Source: Dipteris shenzhenensis (lineage: Eukaryota). From it: 64,000 bases of DNA. Both the position numbers and the translations under genes were made by a program. Positions within the stretch are counted from its first letter, which is position 1. Each line of letters begins with the position of its first letter. Of the stretch, positions 27,201 to 40,890 are shown in pieces. The stretch lies in the NCBI GenBank assembly GCA_047967505.1, contig CM106538.1; one strand, 5' to 3'. The notes below the pieces were generated by a model. It saw only the letters and a list, made by a program, of their open reading frames with translations. It was not told where the DNA came from and did not search any database.

Positions 27201-30200
27201 TCTATTTCGATCACTTACTATAAATTTCAAGCTCACTAATGTGTGTATATCTAATGTATATGTGCTCAATAGATTTTTAGTAATGATGATGGATTTGTAT
27301 TGTGTGGTGTGTCCATGGGAGATTGATCAAACCGCCTCTATGCTATCCTTATTGGTGTGCATGTCTCTCATGATGATCGAACAAAAATTTAGACCTAGGG
27401 ATTTGCCTTCATTCCTCTGATCTTGCATGTCAGTCAATGATTGGAAACACATCTACATGCTCACAAGAATCAAATTGTATAGTTGAGAGAGAGAGAGAGA
27501 GGGAGAGAGGGAGAGAGAAAATCTTACAAAAGCAAGTAATTTTGTTTTATGTGCAGAAGGTAACATGGAGTCTTTATGATGAGATGATAAATACTAACTT
27601 TTCCTAATAGGAAAAGTGGCATATAGGCAACGTGATGCTAGTGCATGCATCATATTGAATATAAACACTTGCACTAAATTAACATAATGCTACTACATGC
27701 ATCATATTTAATATAAAAACTCCCATAAGATCAACATAAGGTTAAAGTTTTGGCCATCTTCTAATAAGTTTGTTCTATTTTATTCATGGTTCAATTCAAG
27801 TTGCTTCATGCAAAACTCTAGTAGCTAGTGACAGTTTGGGAGCATGCAAGGGAAACAAAATTGGATAAGGTGAAGTAAATACATATGATTTTGGGAATTG
27901 AAAAGATCAAAAGTTGAAAATATGTTCTATTAGGTACTAGTATGGGTGTAAAGCATGCATCTCCGTGACATACAAATTAAAGTGTTTTATTTAATTATTC
28001 AATACAATTTCTCATAAGTAGCATCTGTTTCAACTTACACTAAAATGTACAAGAGGAGGTCAAAAAATATAAGCTTCTCAAATTTCATATTTATTGAAGG
28101 GATATAATTATTGATCCAAAAATTCATAGTAGGGGTATATAAAATAGATAAAAAGTGATTACAGAGGGGTTTTCTAAATACCTTTTGAACACACGTTGTA
28201 TAGCTAGCTTATGTAAGGTGGACCCTTCAAGCCTCGTACCCACTCTTATTTCCCCCTCTATGTTCTCAGTGAGATTGATCACACCCTCAAATACATAGCC
28301 ATGCTCCTCATATCCTTGCCTCATTCTCAGGTACTTGCTCACTACTTCTGTGTGCCAGCAACTCCACTTTCTTGTGACCTTCATACTTTCACCACTTCAT
28401 TACTGCAAGCTTTCTTCTTACCGTTCAATAGATATGCCTCCTGCTAGCTCTCTTTTAGAAGATCTGCATTCTAAAATTGATTTTGTGACTTGCACTTTGG
28501 ATTCCGACTAGTGTTATACACCCATGCTTTCCTCAACTTTCTTACGAATCAAGAAATATTTCGATGATTCCTATCCAACCAAGGGTTAGCCATGCATGCA
28601 ACACATGGCACCTCAATATTCTTGACATGTGGCACTCTCATAAGCACACCTGCCACATCATCGTGCTATATGCCACATTAGCCTTAACCACTTATCTGCC
28701 ACATCAGCCTTATCCACTTTTCTACCCCATTAGTAGTCCGCATAAGCATGCCACACCACTTGCCACGTTGGTTGACACATCATCAATGACACATCAACAC
28801 TAATGGCCCTAGTGCCATGTCACTAGCCTAGTCAATAGGACACATCATTAGTTGATTGCACCTTTTCCACATCATCATCCATGTGGACACTACCACATCA
28901 TCATTGGCAGCCATGACAATAGTTCCCAATCACTTGCCACATGAGCACCAATGCCATGTCATTCTGCCACAAAGTAGGGGCACATCATCATACCATGTCA
29001 GTTGCCCAGTCAACAGCATAGTTAGTCAAATAGTTTCATGTCATTAGTTCCAGCGAGGAACACTTGCCTCCACACAGGCACATTTTTTGTATTCTTCATG
29101 TGACACAAAGTGCCATGCCATCATAGAACAAATCATTATTTTTCCCTCTCTCTTAGGATCAAAGTTTGGCCATCCTTTTGGGAGCCATAAATTTTGATCC
29201 AAATGGAATTTCATAGTGCTCTAAAATGCAAATGAGCACCTCAGTTTGGTAGTTTGAGGTGCTCTACACAATGAGCACCTCAGTTTGGTAGTCTGACTTT
29301 ATCCAATACTCTTAATAAAAAATGAGCACACTATCCATTGCAGCGTGCCCATCAGCATAGAAAAATGAACGAGATAAAATTCATTTGCTACATTTTTTTC
29401 TCTGACATGTAGTCTAGGCATAGACTAGCATAGCCTTAGAGGAGATTAAAATCCACCAAGCCAAGTAATCCATTGCCACATTAACCGATTAGTTCCCAAC
29501 GGCATCAGTCCATTTGGTTCTATCATCAGTATACACATTCACACATCTGACACCACTTCAGTTGTCTTGGAATTTGTTAGTTCAACACTTAAGTGCGACA
29601 TTTGGTAGAGTCATCTTCGTTGGATTCAAGACCCACATTTTTCTTGCATGCACATATGCCACCCATGTAAAGTCACACATTGTTTATTTTTGGCATTGGT
29701 TCTTGCACACATATCTATCAGCGTTGTATAGCCTCTTGGCTACTCTTGACACATAGTTATCATTACATTACTATAGGCTTGATATTTGGCATACATGTGT
29801 TCTCACATGACTTGGTTTTGATAGTTTAGCATAAGTCCCCAATGGCATCTTTCACATAGTGTTCTCATGGGTAGACACTCTCGCTAGTACAGGGGTAAGC
29901 CTGTTGCATAAAGCACCAGGATACCGCCTTCAGCATGGAGTTATCTACATCACACACTTGAAGATACACTAGTCATGACTCCAGATGAGACCTGTGAATG
30001 GAAAGAGAACCCACTTCTACCATTCATTACTATAGGGTGTGTACTAGCTTATGACACTGACTCAAGCCTGATTGGTCTTGAGAGATCAGAGACATATGTA
30101 CCACATGGTAGTATGGATCAGCCCACACTTTCTGATCATGCCAATTTATCGGTAAGTCCTTAGCATGAGGCACACTTGATGGTAAGCCCTTAGCATTAGG

Positions 30201-30789
30201 AACATTTTACAATAAGCCCTCAGCATGAGGAAGTTCCATCTACATCAGCACAACCTGATTCTAGTGATGTACAACCATCACATTCATGCATCAATCTAAA
30301 TCTATTTATTGTCACACCATATGATGAAGATATAAAATAGGAGTTCAATTATGATCATGCAATTATTCATCAGTAGTAGGTAAGTCCTCAGTACAAGGCA
30401 CTCACATCTTCTATTGCATGTAGAGATACATGCCATAGCACATTCCACTCTTTAGGTGATTTCAATCACATCTTCTACTATGCGGAGATACATGCCATAG
30501 CACATTCTTCTCTTTAGGTGATTTCATTCCAGCATCTATCCCTAATGCTTTCAACTCTGACATGAAGCATATCTTGGACACAGTTTCCTTCAAGAATATG
30601 GATCAGTAGATCAATCTTCAAGACATTCTAAATTGACTTAGTCATGCCACACTATACCACCCTTGGATCCATTGATCACCACCTCTTTCGATTAGCAAAT
30701 CATTCCTTTCTCTTATGCTTATGATTATGCATGAGCAAATGTCTCCTTCTCCTTCTCCTTTCCTTCTCTTCTTTTTCCCTCAGACATAG

Positions 30790-32738
30790 CACTATGACTA
30801 CCCCTCAGGGAACTCCTTTGCTAGCAGCCCATGGCTTTGTCAGGAGTCCCGACGAGTTTATCGCATAGATGATTGATGGGGAGGCAACGAGATTCTTCTC
30901 TCTGCTATCCCAAAGGACCTCAGCAAATCCCTCTCCTACACCGATGGCTAGACCTACTGTCCAACCGTCCCCTCTAGCCCCTTTGACTAAGGGGTCATCA
31001 ATTGGGCATGCCCATCATAAGGGAAGGAAGAGTAGGAGGGGTCACTTATGTTGTGCTAACTTGAGAGATGTAGAGGAGTTAGCACACTCACATCCCTACA
31101 TGTCTCCACTTGGTCCCGAGACCCAGTATCAGTCAAGTCCCTTGCCCTCTCCTACTCCCACTACTACTCCTCGCTCCATAAGCACTTGTAATAACACCAC
31201 TTGCTTTGACTCTGCCACTACCATGAGTCCTCCTTACCCGGTCGAGGACTTAACCTATGAAATCACGGTTGCTGCGGAGAGATAATAGAAAATAAAAAGG
31301 GCTCAGTAGCAATGATGGCCACCATGAGGCGGTTAATGAGCCACCACTTCAGGAGCGGCATAGCTACTGACTGGCAGTACCAAGATGAGGGAAAGAAGCA
31401 AGCATTCATCGATGAATTGAAAAGACAATATCCTAATCCTCCAAATTGGGAGTTCAATTTGGATTACATGAAAGAGCACATGGGGGTCCTCTAGAAGCAT
31501 CATAGATCAGCCTTGCGTACTTCCTTTGCAAAGGGGAAGGCTAAACCTAGCTGGGTAGACAAAGCTGATTGGAAGTTTTTCAAGAAGCAGTACAAGGACC
31601 ATCCCGAACTGTTCGAGGGTCAAGGAGGACTGCGAGGAGACGGCTGGACTACGTAGGTACTTCGCACTTTGGTGCAGGCGGATGGTTGGCGTTCGAGGCA
31701 ACCGTGGTAAGTCTACTTCTTCTCATTTAATGTATTTTTCTATTTGTTTTACTACATATTGCATGCACTTTATCTAACTCTCGTAAATTGGGCCCACAGC
31801 AAGCTACGATGGGTCGCCTTCCTACAGACACAGAGACGAGACGCGCGTTTTGCATAGGAACAAAGCCGTGGTTTATTGAGCAGGAGGTGCTGGGAGCGAC
31901 GATCGATTGGGCTGAGGTGGCTGCTCGCACGGTATAAGAGACACTCCTATTTATAATCTCACTTTTTAAACTATTTTATTCTTTAAGTTCCAATCTAATT
32001 TCCAATTAATATGGTTTCACTCTTAGAATCAAAGCTCGAACGTCCCATCAGTAGAGGTGAGCAGTGATAATGAGGGATTAGGCTTACATGGCTTCGATGA
32101 GGGCCAGGGATCAGGCATAGCTCATGAGGGCCAGGGATCAGGCACAGCTCACGAGGGCCAGAGATTAGGCTAGGGCGACGAGGACGAGGACGAGGATGAC
32201 GATTCGGATGAGCAGTAGTATTAGTAGTAGTATTAGTAGTAGTTTGCATATACTTCGCCATGTGTATGCTTTTGTATATCAGCTCGTTTGAGCGGTTTTG
32301 TATCACCCTTTTTGAAAGGGTAATTTTATAACAAACAATGTTATATATCTTCGACATGTATATGCTTCTGTCGCTCGGTTCATTTAAGCAATTTTGTATC
32401 ACCCTTTCCACAAGGGAAATTTTGTAACAAAAAACATTCTTTTGTAATTACTAAATAAAAAACATTAGTGGGGAAAAAGCAAGGCTTGCTGTGACCCTGT
32501 TTAGCCCCACTAATGTTTTTTTAAAGCTTTTGTTAATCGTCACTATATAGCGACGTTTACCAGTGTCGGTATATAGTGACGTTTATTAGTGTCACAATAT
32601 AGTGATGCTTATATAGCGACCGTTCTTTTCTGACACTTATAGCGATGTAGATATCGACCTTTGAGCCCGTCAAAAAAAAGCTTTTTAGTGTAAAAAAGTT
32701 CGGTATTTTCGTCGAAAAAGGGCCTATGCCTTGTAGTG
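30790..32738 (+). mobile_element. CACTA (En/Spm) element, right-hand portion
   Basis: Terminus CTTGTAGTG (reverse complement CACTACAAG) at 32730-32738. Subterminal ATATAG(C/T)GAC repeats occur in both orientations at ~32538-32660. TnpA-like exons lie upstream. Left end not found. Confidence 0.8.
31280..32070 (+). pseudogene. CACTA TnpA/Ptta-like (Transposase_24-like) spliced remnant
   Basis: KPSWVDKADWKFFKKQYKDHPELFE..YVGTSHFGAGGWLAFEATV, then a GTAAGT donor at ~31707 and a next exon QATMGRLPTDTE. Contains in-frame stops. Confidence 0.6.
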
Positions 32739-32951
32739 AATCAACATATCAAATGATCCAAATACCAAGATAAGTCTAGGAAAAGCACATGTAAGCAGGT
32801 ATAAAACTAAAGCAATTTGAGTCAATGTGACAAAACTAATAATTCACAATAGCATGAAGTCCATTTAGGAAATATTTACATAGTTCTATTGAGGGAAAAA
32901 TCCACAATGTGCGAGAAAGTCACAGGGCATGTTGTAAAGACCCATAAAAAA

Positions 32952-33682
32952 GGAGGATTTGGTAAAAAATCCACTAGCCCCTTTTGCAATTTTCGATAAA
33001 GCGAGGGCAAGATTGTGTATTCTCTCTCCCCCTCTAAGATTTGGGCTAAATGGAGTCTCTTGGAGGTGCTTCAACCTTGGCGGCTAGGGCCCTTTTTGCT
33101 ATGATTTTGTCAACATCCCCCACTTCATTTAAAAACACAAAAGGGGGGCCAAATTACCTTATTCACCCCAAGCCTATTGTGTATTCTACCTATCCCTTTT
33201 TGGGACCCATTATTAAACTCTATCCAAACCACCTGTGACTAAAAAAGGAGGGAAAATAGGCTAGGGGCTTTAAAAAGTCAGGCTAGCCTCTCTATTATCG
33301 ATTGCCACGAGTACAAAGTCCTTTGTAGGTTGTTTTCCATACTTGGGGGTGATGCCACAAGACCACGCTATGAGAATGAGAAGACAGAGGATGAAAATAC
33401 TACGTAGCAATTATAAAGACGTGGGGTTGTTTTCCCTTGCGCCCTTCTTGAAACTGTCTTTCAATGGGGCAACCATTCTTGGGGTGATCTGCTACCTAAA
33501 CAAGAATGGGGGTTAGATGAAAGTCTTGGGATAAAAAAGGACCTACTAGGCTGTCCCAAAAATAAAAAAAGAAAGAAAAATGTGGGTTGCCTAGCCTTCT
33601 ACTCGGGAAAAATTTTATTGTGAGCTTTTTAATGCGAGCTTTTTTTGAAATTTATCAAAGTTTGCGAGCTTTTTTAGAGTCC
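32952..33682. mobile_element. Short non-autonomous Mutator-like element
   Basis: Begins GGA and ends TCC, flanked by the 9-bp direct repeat CATAAAAAA (32943-32951, 33683-33691). TIR similarity is loose. The right end resembles 41633-41700 in reverse complement. Confidence 0.5.
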
Positions 33683-34118
33683 CATAAAAAAAGGCCTACT
33701 AATCAAAAAATAACAAAGTAATTACTTAACCTGTCTCTATCGATTTATCCTAAGAAACACCAAAGCAATTAGCAATTAGCAATTCTATGGAACTAAAAAG
33801 ACAAAGCTATTAATCCAAGTAATTTATATAAAATGATATCATATATAAAAATGAGCCATCACAATACCAGCAAATATGTACTATGCATTCAAGTCTATGG
33901 ATTGTTGCTAAGGCAACAAAGGTTTAACGAAACTTCAAGTAAGCATATGCCAATTTTCACGTAGTTCTATTATTTGAAAAGGCCAAAGAAATTAGTAAAA
34001 TGTTCCACATTAAGAACATTGTGTTGACTCAACACAACAAATTCTGAGCAATATGTATTGCATGTTAATGCAAAAATAGTGTCACATCAAAAAGTGAGCT
34101 ATCATAACACCAACCAAG

Positions 34119-37100
34119 TTTATATTTTCCATTCAGGTCTATGGATTTCGGCTAAGGACTGATGAAACATCAATAGTGGAAAGGGTTGGTTGGTGAATAA
34201 GCATGTGTTGATTTGGATCCAATCCCAATACACGGATGAAGATGTAATAGATATGTTTGCATGCCAGGTAAGGTTTTTGACCCAACTCTCTTTTTTGAAA
34301 ATTTGGACATGTACATATGGGTTCAGTCTTGATGTGCACATTAGAAGACATCCGAGCCTTGTCAGACCCTGTTGTTCTTAAATGGAAAATACTATGATGA
34401 AGAAGCTCTACTGTCATTTCTCCCATGACAACAGCATGCGTAGATTGAGCACTAGCTATTCTTTTTGCAGCCTCCTTAGATATGCCATGCCTCCATTTTG
34501 TGGTTCTTACCAATGTGTGTTGAGCTAGATTCCTTGGTATGGATGCCGACCCTCCATGTGCATCACAAAAATTAGTTGGCATTGGTGCCGATCCTTGAGG
34601 TACATTTGGTGTCCTCCAATTCATATGGGCTTAACCCACTATTTGCAGTCTAAAACTAGCCTTGATGAGATTGCCTATCTCCTCACTTGTGATGTTTGTT
34701 TCCACATCCACCTTCCACATAGATGGACGTTTAGAAACATGCATGATATTATGATCTAGGTGCCATGTATGAGTTACATCATCATTACAAAGCCACATCC
34801 ATTGTGCTTTTGGTCCTCCTACCCTTGGATGCCACCGTTCAGAGTAGAAACAGGGTGCCACCACTCCTTGTGAACTGCTTTGTATATATCGATTACACTT
34901 AACCTTTCCATCTATGAATCCAAGACACTTCACTTTAGAGTTTTTGGAGGTCCTTCGAATTGGCCAAAAAGTACGATGGATAGGCACCTCAATAATAGAG
35001 AGGCCACTAGGAAGGCATCCTTGTCTCATAGGTGGAGCCGTTGGGGCTTCTCTCTTGTGGGCATGGTCTCATTCTGAGATCCTTCAGCTTCCCCTACAGT
35101 GCCATGTTTTCCCCATGATGTTCTTATAGACTCCCTTTGAACTCCACCTTGCTCCATTGTGGAATCCCTAACATCCATTGGTTGGGTATTACCTTGCGGT
35201 TTTATTGAATGCCAATCTCCACCTTCTGTCTCGAACCTAATTTTTCTCGGCCGCCCTCTTTGCTTACGATCTCTAGTCTCCATCACATACCCTATCTTAT
35301 GTGAGGTGTTTTCTAAATGTATACTTGATGACTTGCTTCTCTTTCTTTGGACTGTTACCTTATCCCCATGTAATGGTCTTGGTTCTTCACACATTGGTGT
35401 CCTTGCAACTGTTTCATGCACCATTTGTGCAACTTGTGTTGGTGAAGGTGTACTCCTTGAGGTCACTCTTTGCATCAAGGCTTCCAAGTTAGGACCATCC
35501 CCAACATGCCTGCCAATCATATATGCATACTGTTTGGCACTTTGTAATAGGGCATTTGCCATGTCCGAAATGCAACAATCATATAATTGTATCTTTGTCT
35601 TAACCCTTCTCCTGCTAGCCAACTACCATGCATGCTTTCAGCTAGATTTGACCTTGGAGTGTGTGCCTCCTCCAAGGAACTCTTTGTTACGTGTGGTAAA
35701 AAAGGAGGTAATTAGAATTGGCTTATTACATTTATTTCGCTTACTACATTTATCTACAAAATACATACTGCGCTCATGAGATTCCCCCAATGGGCAATCT
35801 GCACATCCCACCAACTAAACCATATGTCCATTGAAGGAATGTCAGCCTCACGGACATGTCTTGCATGCCACCAATATTGAATGAGCTTTGCTTGCTTGGT
35901 AGCTTCTTGCTTTGTCTTACATAATCTCCAATTCTTACACATGGTGATATGCTCATTCCTCATATCCTCTTTGAAGAATTTCTTTGTGTGCTTATGCAAG
36001 CTTTGTTCCCAATGGAAGAGACATGAGCACTCAATCCCAACAATTATATTGTTTGGACCCCCATTGAAAATAGTTCTCATAGCTATCGACTTCACTCTAG
36101 CTTCATCAGACATGAAACCATGAAAATCTGCAAGGGGATACCCACATTGTTTCATTGTGGCATTCAACATCTCCCAAAATAGGATTTGGCTTTCAGCATC
36201 TTCATCTTTCATCTCACATGTGATGATGGTCATTAATTCCTGCACACTAGTAGACAAAGCCAACATTATTAAATATTATACAACTCTCTTGATGATAGCA
36301 ACATGGATACATAAGGATGGAGGGAAGTTATACCTAGGATCATAAACATGACATGCCATTGTGCTCCACCCATGCAAAGAGCATCACTAATCGCATGATG
36401 CCCTACATACATAGGTTCATCAAGGAGCTCATCATCGCTCACTCAATGGGTGTGATCAAATTGTACTCATGAATTCCTCAAATCACCATTTCCTCCTCTT
36501 CTCATGCGATTGACAAGATCCACACCAGATGCGGGACCATTGGTTGACATTTTAAAAACAAAACATTTTTCATCTAGCAAGCCTTGCCTTGGAAAACGAC
36601 TTCCATGGGAGAATGAATACATCGACCTTTTCTTTAGTAAAAGAAGGTTGTCATAGCCTTCCCCAATAGGTAACCTTGCCTTCTTCTCTTGTGCAACAAT
36701 CCATTTGAACTCTGAATGTCAACATCAGTCCTCGACTTATAAGAATTGTGGTACATACCAGGCTTCTCAATGGGACTTAACTCTTCAAGATCCACATAAT
36801 GAGATGGTTGAGAGGTTTTCTTTCCTTCTTTGCCAAACTCTTTGGAGTAAACTCTACTAGCAACATAATGCGATGAACGAGGCTCTTCAAGATCACTAAT
36901 AGTACTTGCTGCCATGATTGTATTGTGGATGGGAGCATACCTTTTTATCAAGGAGGCATCCAGTACGTAATGCTCTTGACCATCAATATCCCACTCAAAT
37001 GAAACCTTTACCTTCATTGTTGCTTCACCTTCAATAACTACCTTAAGGCAGATGAGCTTATGTGTATGGGGAAGAAGGCTTTGAAGGAAATGCGCACTAA

Positions 37101-37248
37101 CAATCCTTCTTCCATCCTTGAGCAGGATAGAGCGTGATAGATTCACTCCTTCAATAAGCCATTCAATAGAAGCCTCTTCTGTAGCCATTATGGATGACAC
37201 AACAAAAGGTACCAAAGACAGACATATGTTAAGCCTTGCTTCAGTCAA
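34119..37248 (-). pseudogene. Degenerate MULE-type DDE transposase gene with C-terminal SWIM zinc finger
   Basis: FVFKMSTNGPASGVDLV..QFDH and WSTMACHVYDP (36335-36570); FHGFMSDEA..CSCLFHWEQSL (35754-36266); SWIM CTCPNF..ACKHIYYIF (34120-34341). Stops, frameshifts and probable introns. Confidence 0.8.
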
Positions 37249-38111
37249 ACTGGTTATTAGTGGAGCTCAGAGAATATAGACAATCTTGAGAGCAGAGGGA
37301 TGGTAATCCAACATGGCATTGAGAGCAGAAGGATGATGAGGGATGATAACCCAACACGGATCATGAAAATAAGAAGGGATGAAAGAGAGAAATGCAATGT
37401 GATGCAAAGCTAGAAGGCAACCAAAGAGACTTAGAAAGTAATGGTGGGAGAGAATGAAGAGGAGAAAAGGACAAGAGAGTAGTATGAGGATGCGAGGTAT
37501 GTGGTCACGAGAAAGTAGAGTACAAATATTGCAAAGCTGGAATGATGGTGAGAAAGGTGGCAGTCGAGATTCTTTCAAAAACTTGGATTATGCCAGGATG
37601 CCACAATCTTAAGCCATAAAAGCAACATGCTATTATAGGGACGTGGATTATGCCTTGCCGCCACAATCTGACAATCTATAAAAAGCTTTGATCAACTCAA
37701 CGGAATTATCCTTCAGCATATTACCATGAAACACCAACTAGTTATTAACAAACCAAATGACAAATAGAACCACTGCCCTTGAGCCATTGAGCAAGCTTAT
37801 CTCTCAAAGGCAAGCAGTTTTGCAAGATCTTCCATATCAAAAATTTAATTTCCCCGGCAGCAACGAATACCACATCGCTCCACACCTACGTTTCGCAATC
37901 GGCCAACCCCACCAAATACCACCTTATCCTTCGCCCCCTCTCTTGGCTCTCTCCTCCCTCTCTCCTCCCTCCTTCGACCCCTCTCTCGGCTCTCTCCTCC
38001 CTCCTTCCACGTTTCCACCTCCTCCTCCTTAGCACTCACATAGCTGATCCCCCCCCCTTTTTTCGGTTTCATAGATGCCAGAGATCGCACTATCACGTGA
38101 TCTATTTGGGG

Positions 38112-38235
38112 ATTTACTCGAAAGCCATGGCTACAAAGCCATGATCTTCATCCTCCCCCTGGAAGGCACAACCGTAAGCCTTGTCGTCTGCTGCCGTATG
38201 AGTCCTAATACAATGTAGGAATTGATACTTACTTC
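38112..38235 (-). pseudogene. KCS: 3-ketoacyl-CoA synthase (FAE1/CUT1 family) gene fragment 2
   Basis: SKY..LHCIRTHTAADDKAYGCAFQGED matches the KCS RTHxGADD block. Confidence 0.75.
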
Positions 38236-38474
38236 AAAATGCTTCCACCAAAATGCTTCTTCTCTATTCAATTGGCCTTCATGAACTGTAGGTTGCTATC
38301 CATTGCCATAACTTCTGAACGTGTCCCGCCTCTATGGATGCACCACAAAGTGAGGCCATGTTGGCTGAATTCTGGCCTTGTGTGTTTCGCTGGGCATGGT
38401 TCTTCAACATTGGCTACCTGACATTTGGACGAGACTTTGAACCTGTACGCAAATGATGAGAAGATAGAACGGTA

Positions 38475-38592
38475 AAGTATTGACCACTAGAGCATACTGA
38501 TTTGGACAAATCTTTAGCAAATCTTTGGCTAGCTTGCAAGCAATGACAGATGCACTACAACCCATACCAGCCAAATGGATAGTCTTGATAAT
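38475..38592 (-). pseudogene. KCS: 3-ketoacyl-CoA synthase gene fragment 1 (catalytic Cys)
   Basis: IKTIHLAGMGCSASVIACKLAKDLLKICPNQYALVVNT matches the KCS GMGCSA motif. Confidence 0.85.
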
Positions 38593-39379
38593 CGCTAATA
38601 ATAGTTTATCTATCTGCGCTGTTAGTTCTCTCAGCAAGTCGTATGAAAAAAAGGGGGGGGCTACTGTATCCCCCCCTTTTTTTGGTCTCATAGATGCTAG
38701 AGATCGCAGAAACTGAAATGGAGACATTCCCTTTCTCTGGCATCCTTGGTAGAAATGGAATGTACTCATTGTGGTGCCGAGAAGGCCAAGAGTTGGAAAA
38801 AGATAAGAAGCGCATGATAGAGCTAGAAGATAGCGCATGATGCTTTTTGTCTTTCAAGCTTTCTCTGGAAGAAGCTCCAAGTATGTTGAGATTTCTATTA
38901 GCATTTTTTTCCATTGAGTTTTTCTAGATCGAGAGGCATTTATTGCATATGCATGCAATGTGAGTGATTTGTGCTATTCTAATTCTCTTTGGGTGTCGTG
39001 CACGCGACTCTTATCTATCTCTATGCTTGGTATTTCTTTGCTTAAGATTGTGATTTCTATTCTTTCGAAAGATTGTCATTATTTATTTGCTGTTGTATGT
39101 TATATTTAGAAGTCCCATCATCTTCACAATGGGATGCCTTTCTTGTATTCAGGGAGAAGGAACATGCATCACATTATGTGCTCTAGGTGGGAGGCATATT
39201 TTGCTAGCAGACACAGACTATGCAGTAACAGGATCTCTTAATGCAACAGATTTAGGAGTCCTAGTGTCTTCACAATGGGATGCCTTCTTGTATTAAGGGA
39301 GAAGGAGCGTGCATTGGATTATGTGCTCTCTTAGCTTATTAGGTTGGAGGCATATTTTACCTTTACCAACTATGTTCAC

Positions 39380-39620
39380 CATATATGGGCTACCATCATG
39401 AAAATGTCTCTTGAGGGAAGCCAAGGATATGAAACCAAGGATGCCAGAGAAAGGGGGGGTTTCATATGAAAATTTGCCCCACACGGGAGATAGAAAATGG
39501 ACAACGTATACTCCTAAGATGTAGAGCCTACTCACATATCAGAGAAGGCTATGGGGTAGAAGAGATCTAAAAAATCTATTGGAGCACCAAATTTCTTAGT
39601 ATAGATGATGAAATGCTATC
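39380..39620 (+). mobile_element. Possible 3' fragment of a LINE ORF2 (CCHC tail)
   Basis: KICPTREIENGQRILLRCRAYSHIRE resembles CxxC..E.E.HxLLxCxxYxxIR of non-LTR elements. Degenerate. Confidence 0.4.
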
Positions 39621-40051
39621 TTAGAGCCATGTGGTTATGTTGGCAAGATCCATGGTTCGAAATGTATTCGAAGCTTTCATAGGTCATCTCCAATAGTCTC
39701 TAGTCCTATTATTGAATTAGGATTAGTCACTATCTTAAGGGTTTGAATAATTTATATATGCTTATGCATTTTATATTCTACTATCTTAAGGATTTGAAAC
39801 ATTTTGTATAAACATGTTTCATAGTAGTGAGCATTTTCATCCTAACAAGATGGCACTAAGGCGAAAGAAATCAACTACAAGAGGTAATTCTAAAACTTTT
39901 TGGTACTGATATCCTTGGCATATCTATGATGGACGTGAGCAATATATAACTCATCTTTGCTGGTTGTGATATATATTCAAGGGAACTAAAACTTATGCAT
40001 TGAGATCTAGACCATCAAGAAAATCTGTGAGTGAGGAGTGCACATCTCGTG

Positions 40052-40890
40052 TGTGAAGAGAGTGGGAGAGAAGGAAGGAGTCTCACTTGCGGCTTTCTTA
40101 CATACATAATGGGGGAATACACACAAAGGTGGAGGCTGAAATAGCTTTCCTCTTCTTAGTTGTGAAAGCCAAAAGAACTCTAAGTACAAAGGAATAGATG
40201 AACCCTATATGTGGGTCTCAAACCAAACTCAGCTAACTAAGGTGGCATACTAACTGAGCCACGAACTAGAGTACATAAAGATAACTGTCATCCAACTATT
40301 ATTCATGGGCGGTGTACCAACCGCATCTGCAGCTAGCAAGTCGATGACATAAATGCACAACGGTCACCCTGGCATATCACGAGTGGAGCTCGATATCTCA
40401 ACACTCCCCCTCGAGCTCAATCCCAATTCCTGCACACCAAGCACGTCTCTGAACTTGCGCAGCTTCTCTGTGCCCAATGTCTTCGTGAATATGTCAACTG
40501 CCTGATCCTCTATGCTGATATAAACTAGATCAATAAGACCTAGTAAAACCTTCTTCCGCACATAGTGGTAATGCACCTCAATGTGCTTTGTTCTAGCATG
40601 ATAGAGTGGGTTATTTGCCAAGTGTATACTGCTCATGTTGTCACAATAAATGACAATTGGCCCATCTCTAGACTAATGCATATCATAAAGTAGCTTATGC
40701 AACCAAGCTACCTCACATGTAGCCATTGCTGCACCCTTGTACTCAGCCTATGTGCTCGACAAGGAAACTGTAGGCTGTTTCTTGCCACTCCAAGTGATTG
40801 CAACACTCCCAAAAGAGAACACATATCCACTGGTAGATCGTCTATCAGAAATACTACCAGCCCAATCAGCATCAGTGTATCCATGCAACA
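40052..40890 (-). mobile_element. Copia family A fragment: 3' LTR, PPT and full RNase H region
   Basis: LTR 40052-40403 is homologous to 10080-10433. RH reads [31 protein letters not shown]. Truncated at ~40890. Confidence 0.93.

Larger units (their letters stand above)
18684..29406. repeat. Tandem segmental duplication, copy 2
   Basis: Junction ...ttttctctGACtccttgtgtgg; the 3-bp GAC is shared by both unit ends. Confidence 0.97.

Noticed and set aside
7997-29406. Helitron head-to-tail array
   Set aside because: The unit starts TC but lacks a CTRR end, an A/T target and Rep/PIF1 motifs.
35159-35779. 206-aa plus-strand ORF as a gene
   Set aside because: Antisense shadow of the MULE transposase frame with no recognisable motif.
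38645-38702. Helitron 3' end (hairpin plus CTAG) or a bacterial terminator
   Set aside because: CTAG is followed by A rather than T, the repeat continues past it, and the context is eukaryotic.
39121-39350. ~85-bp direct repeat (39121 and 39267)
   Set aside because: Simple local duplication without LTR, TSD or coding features.
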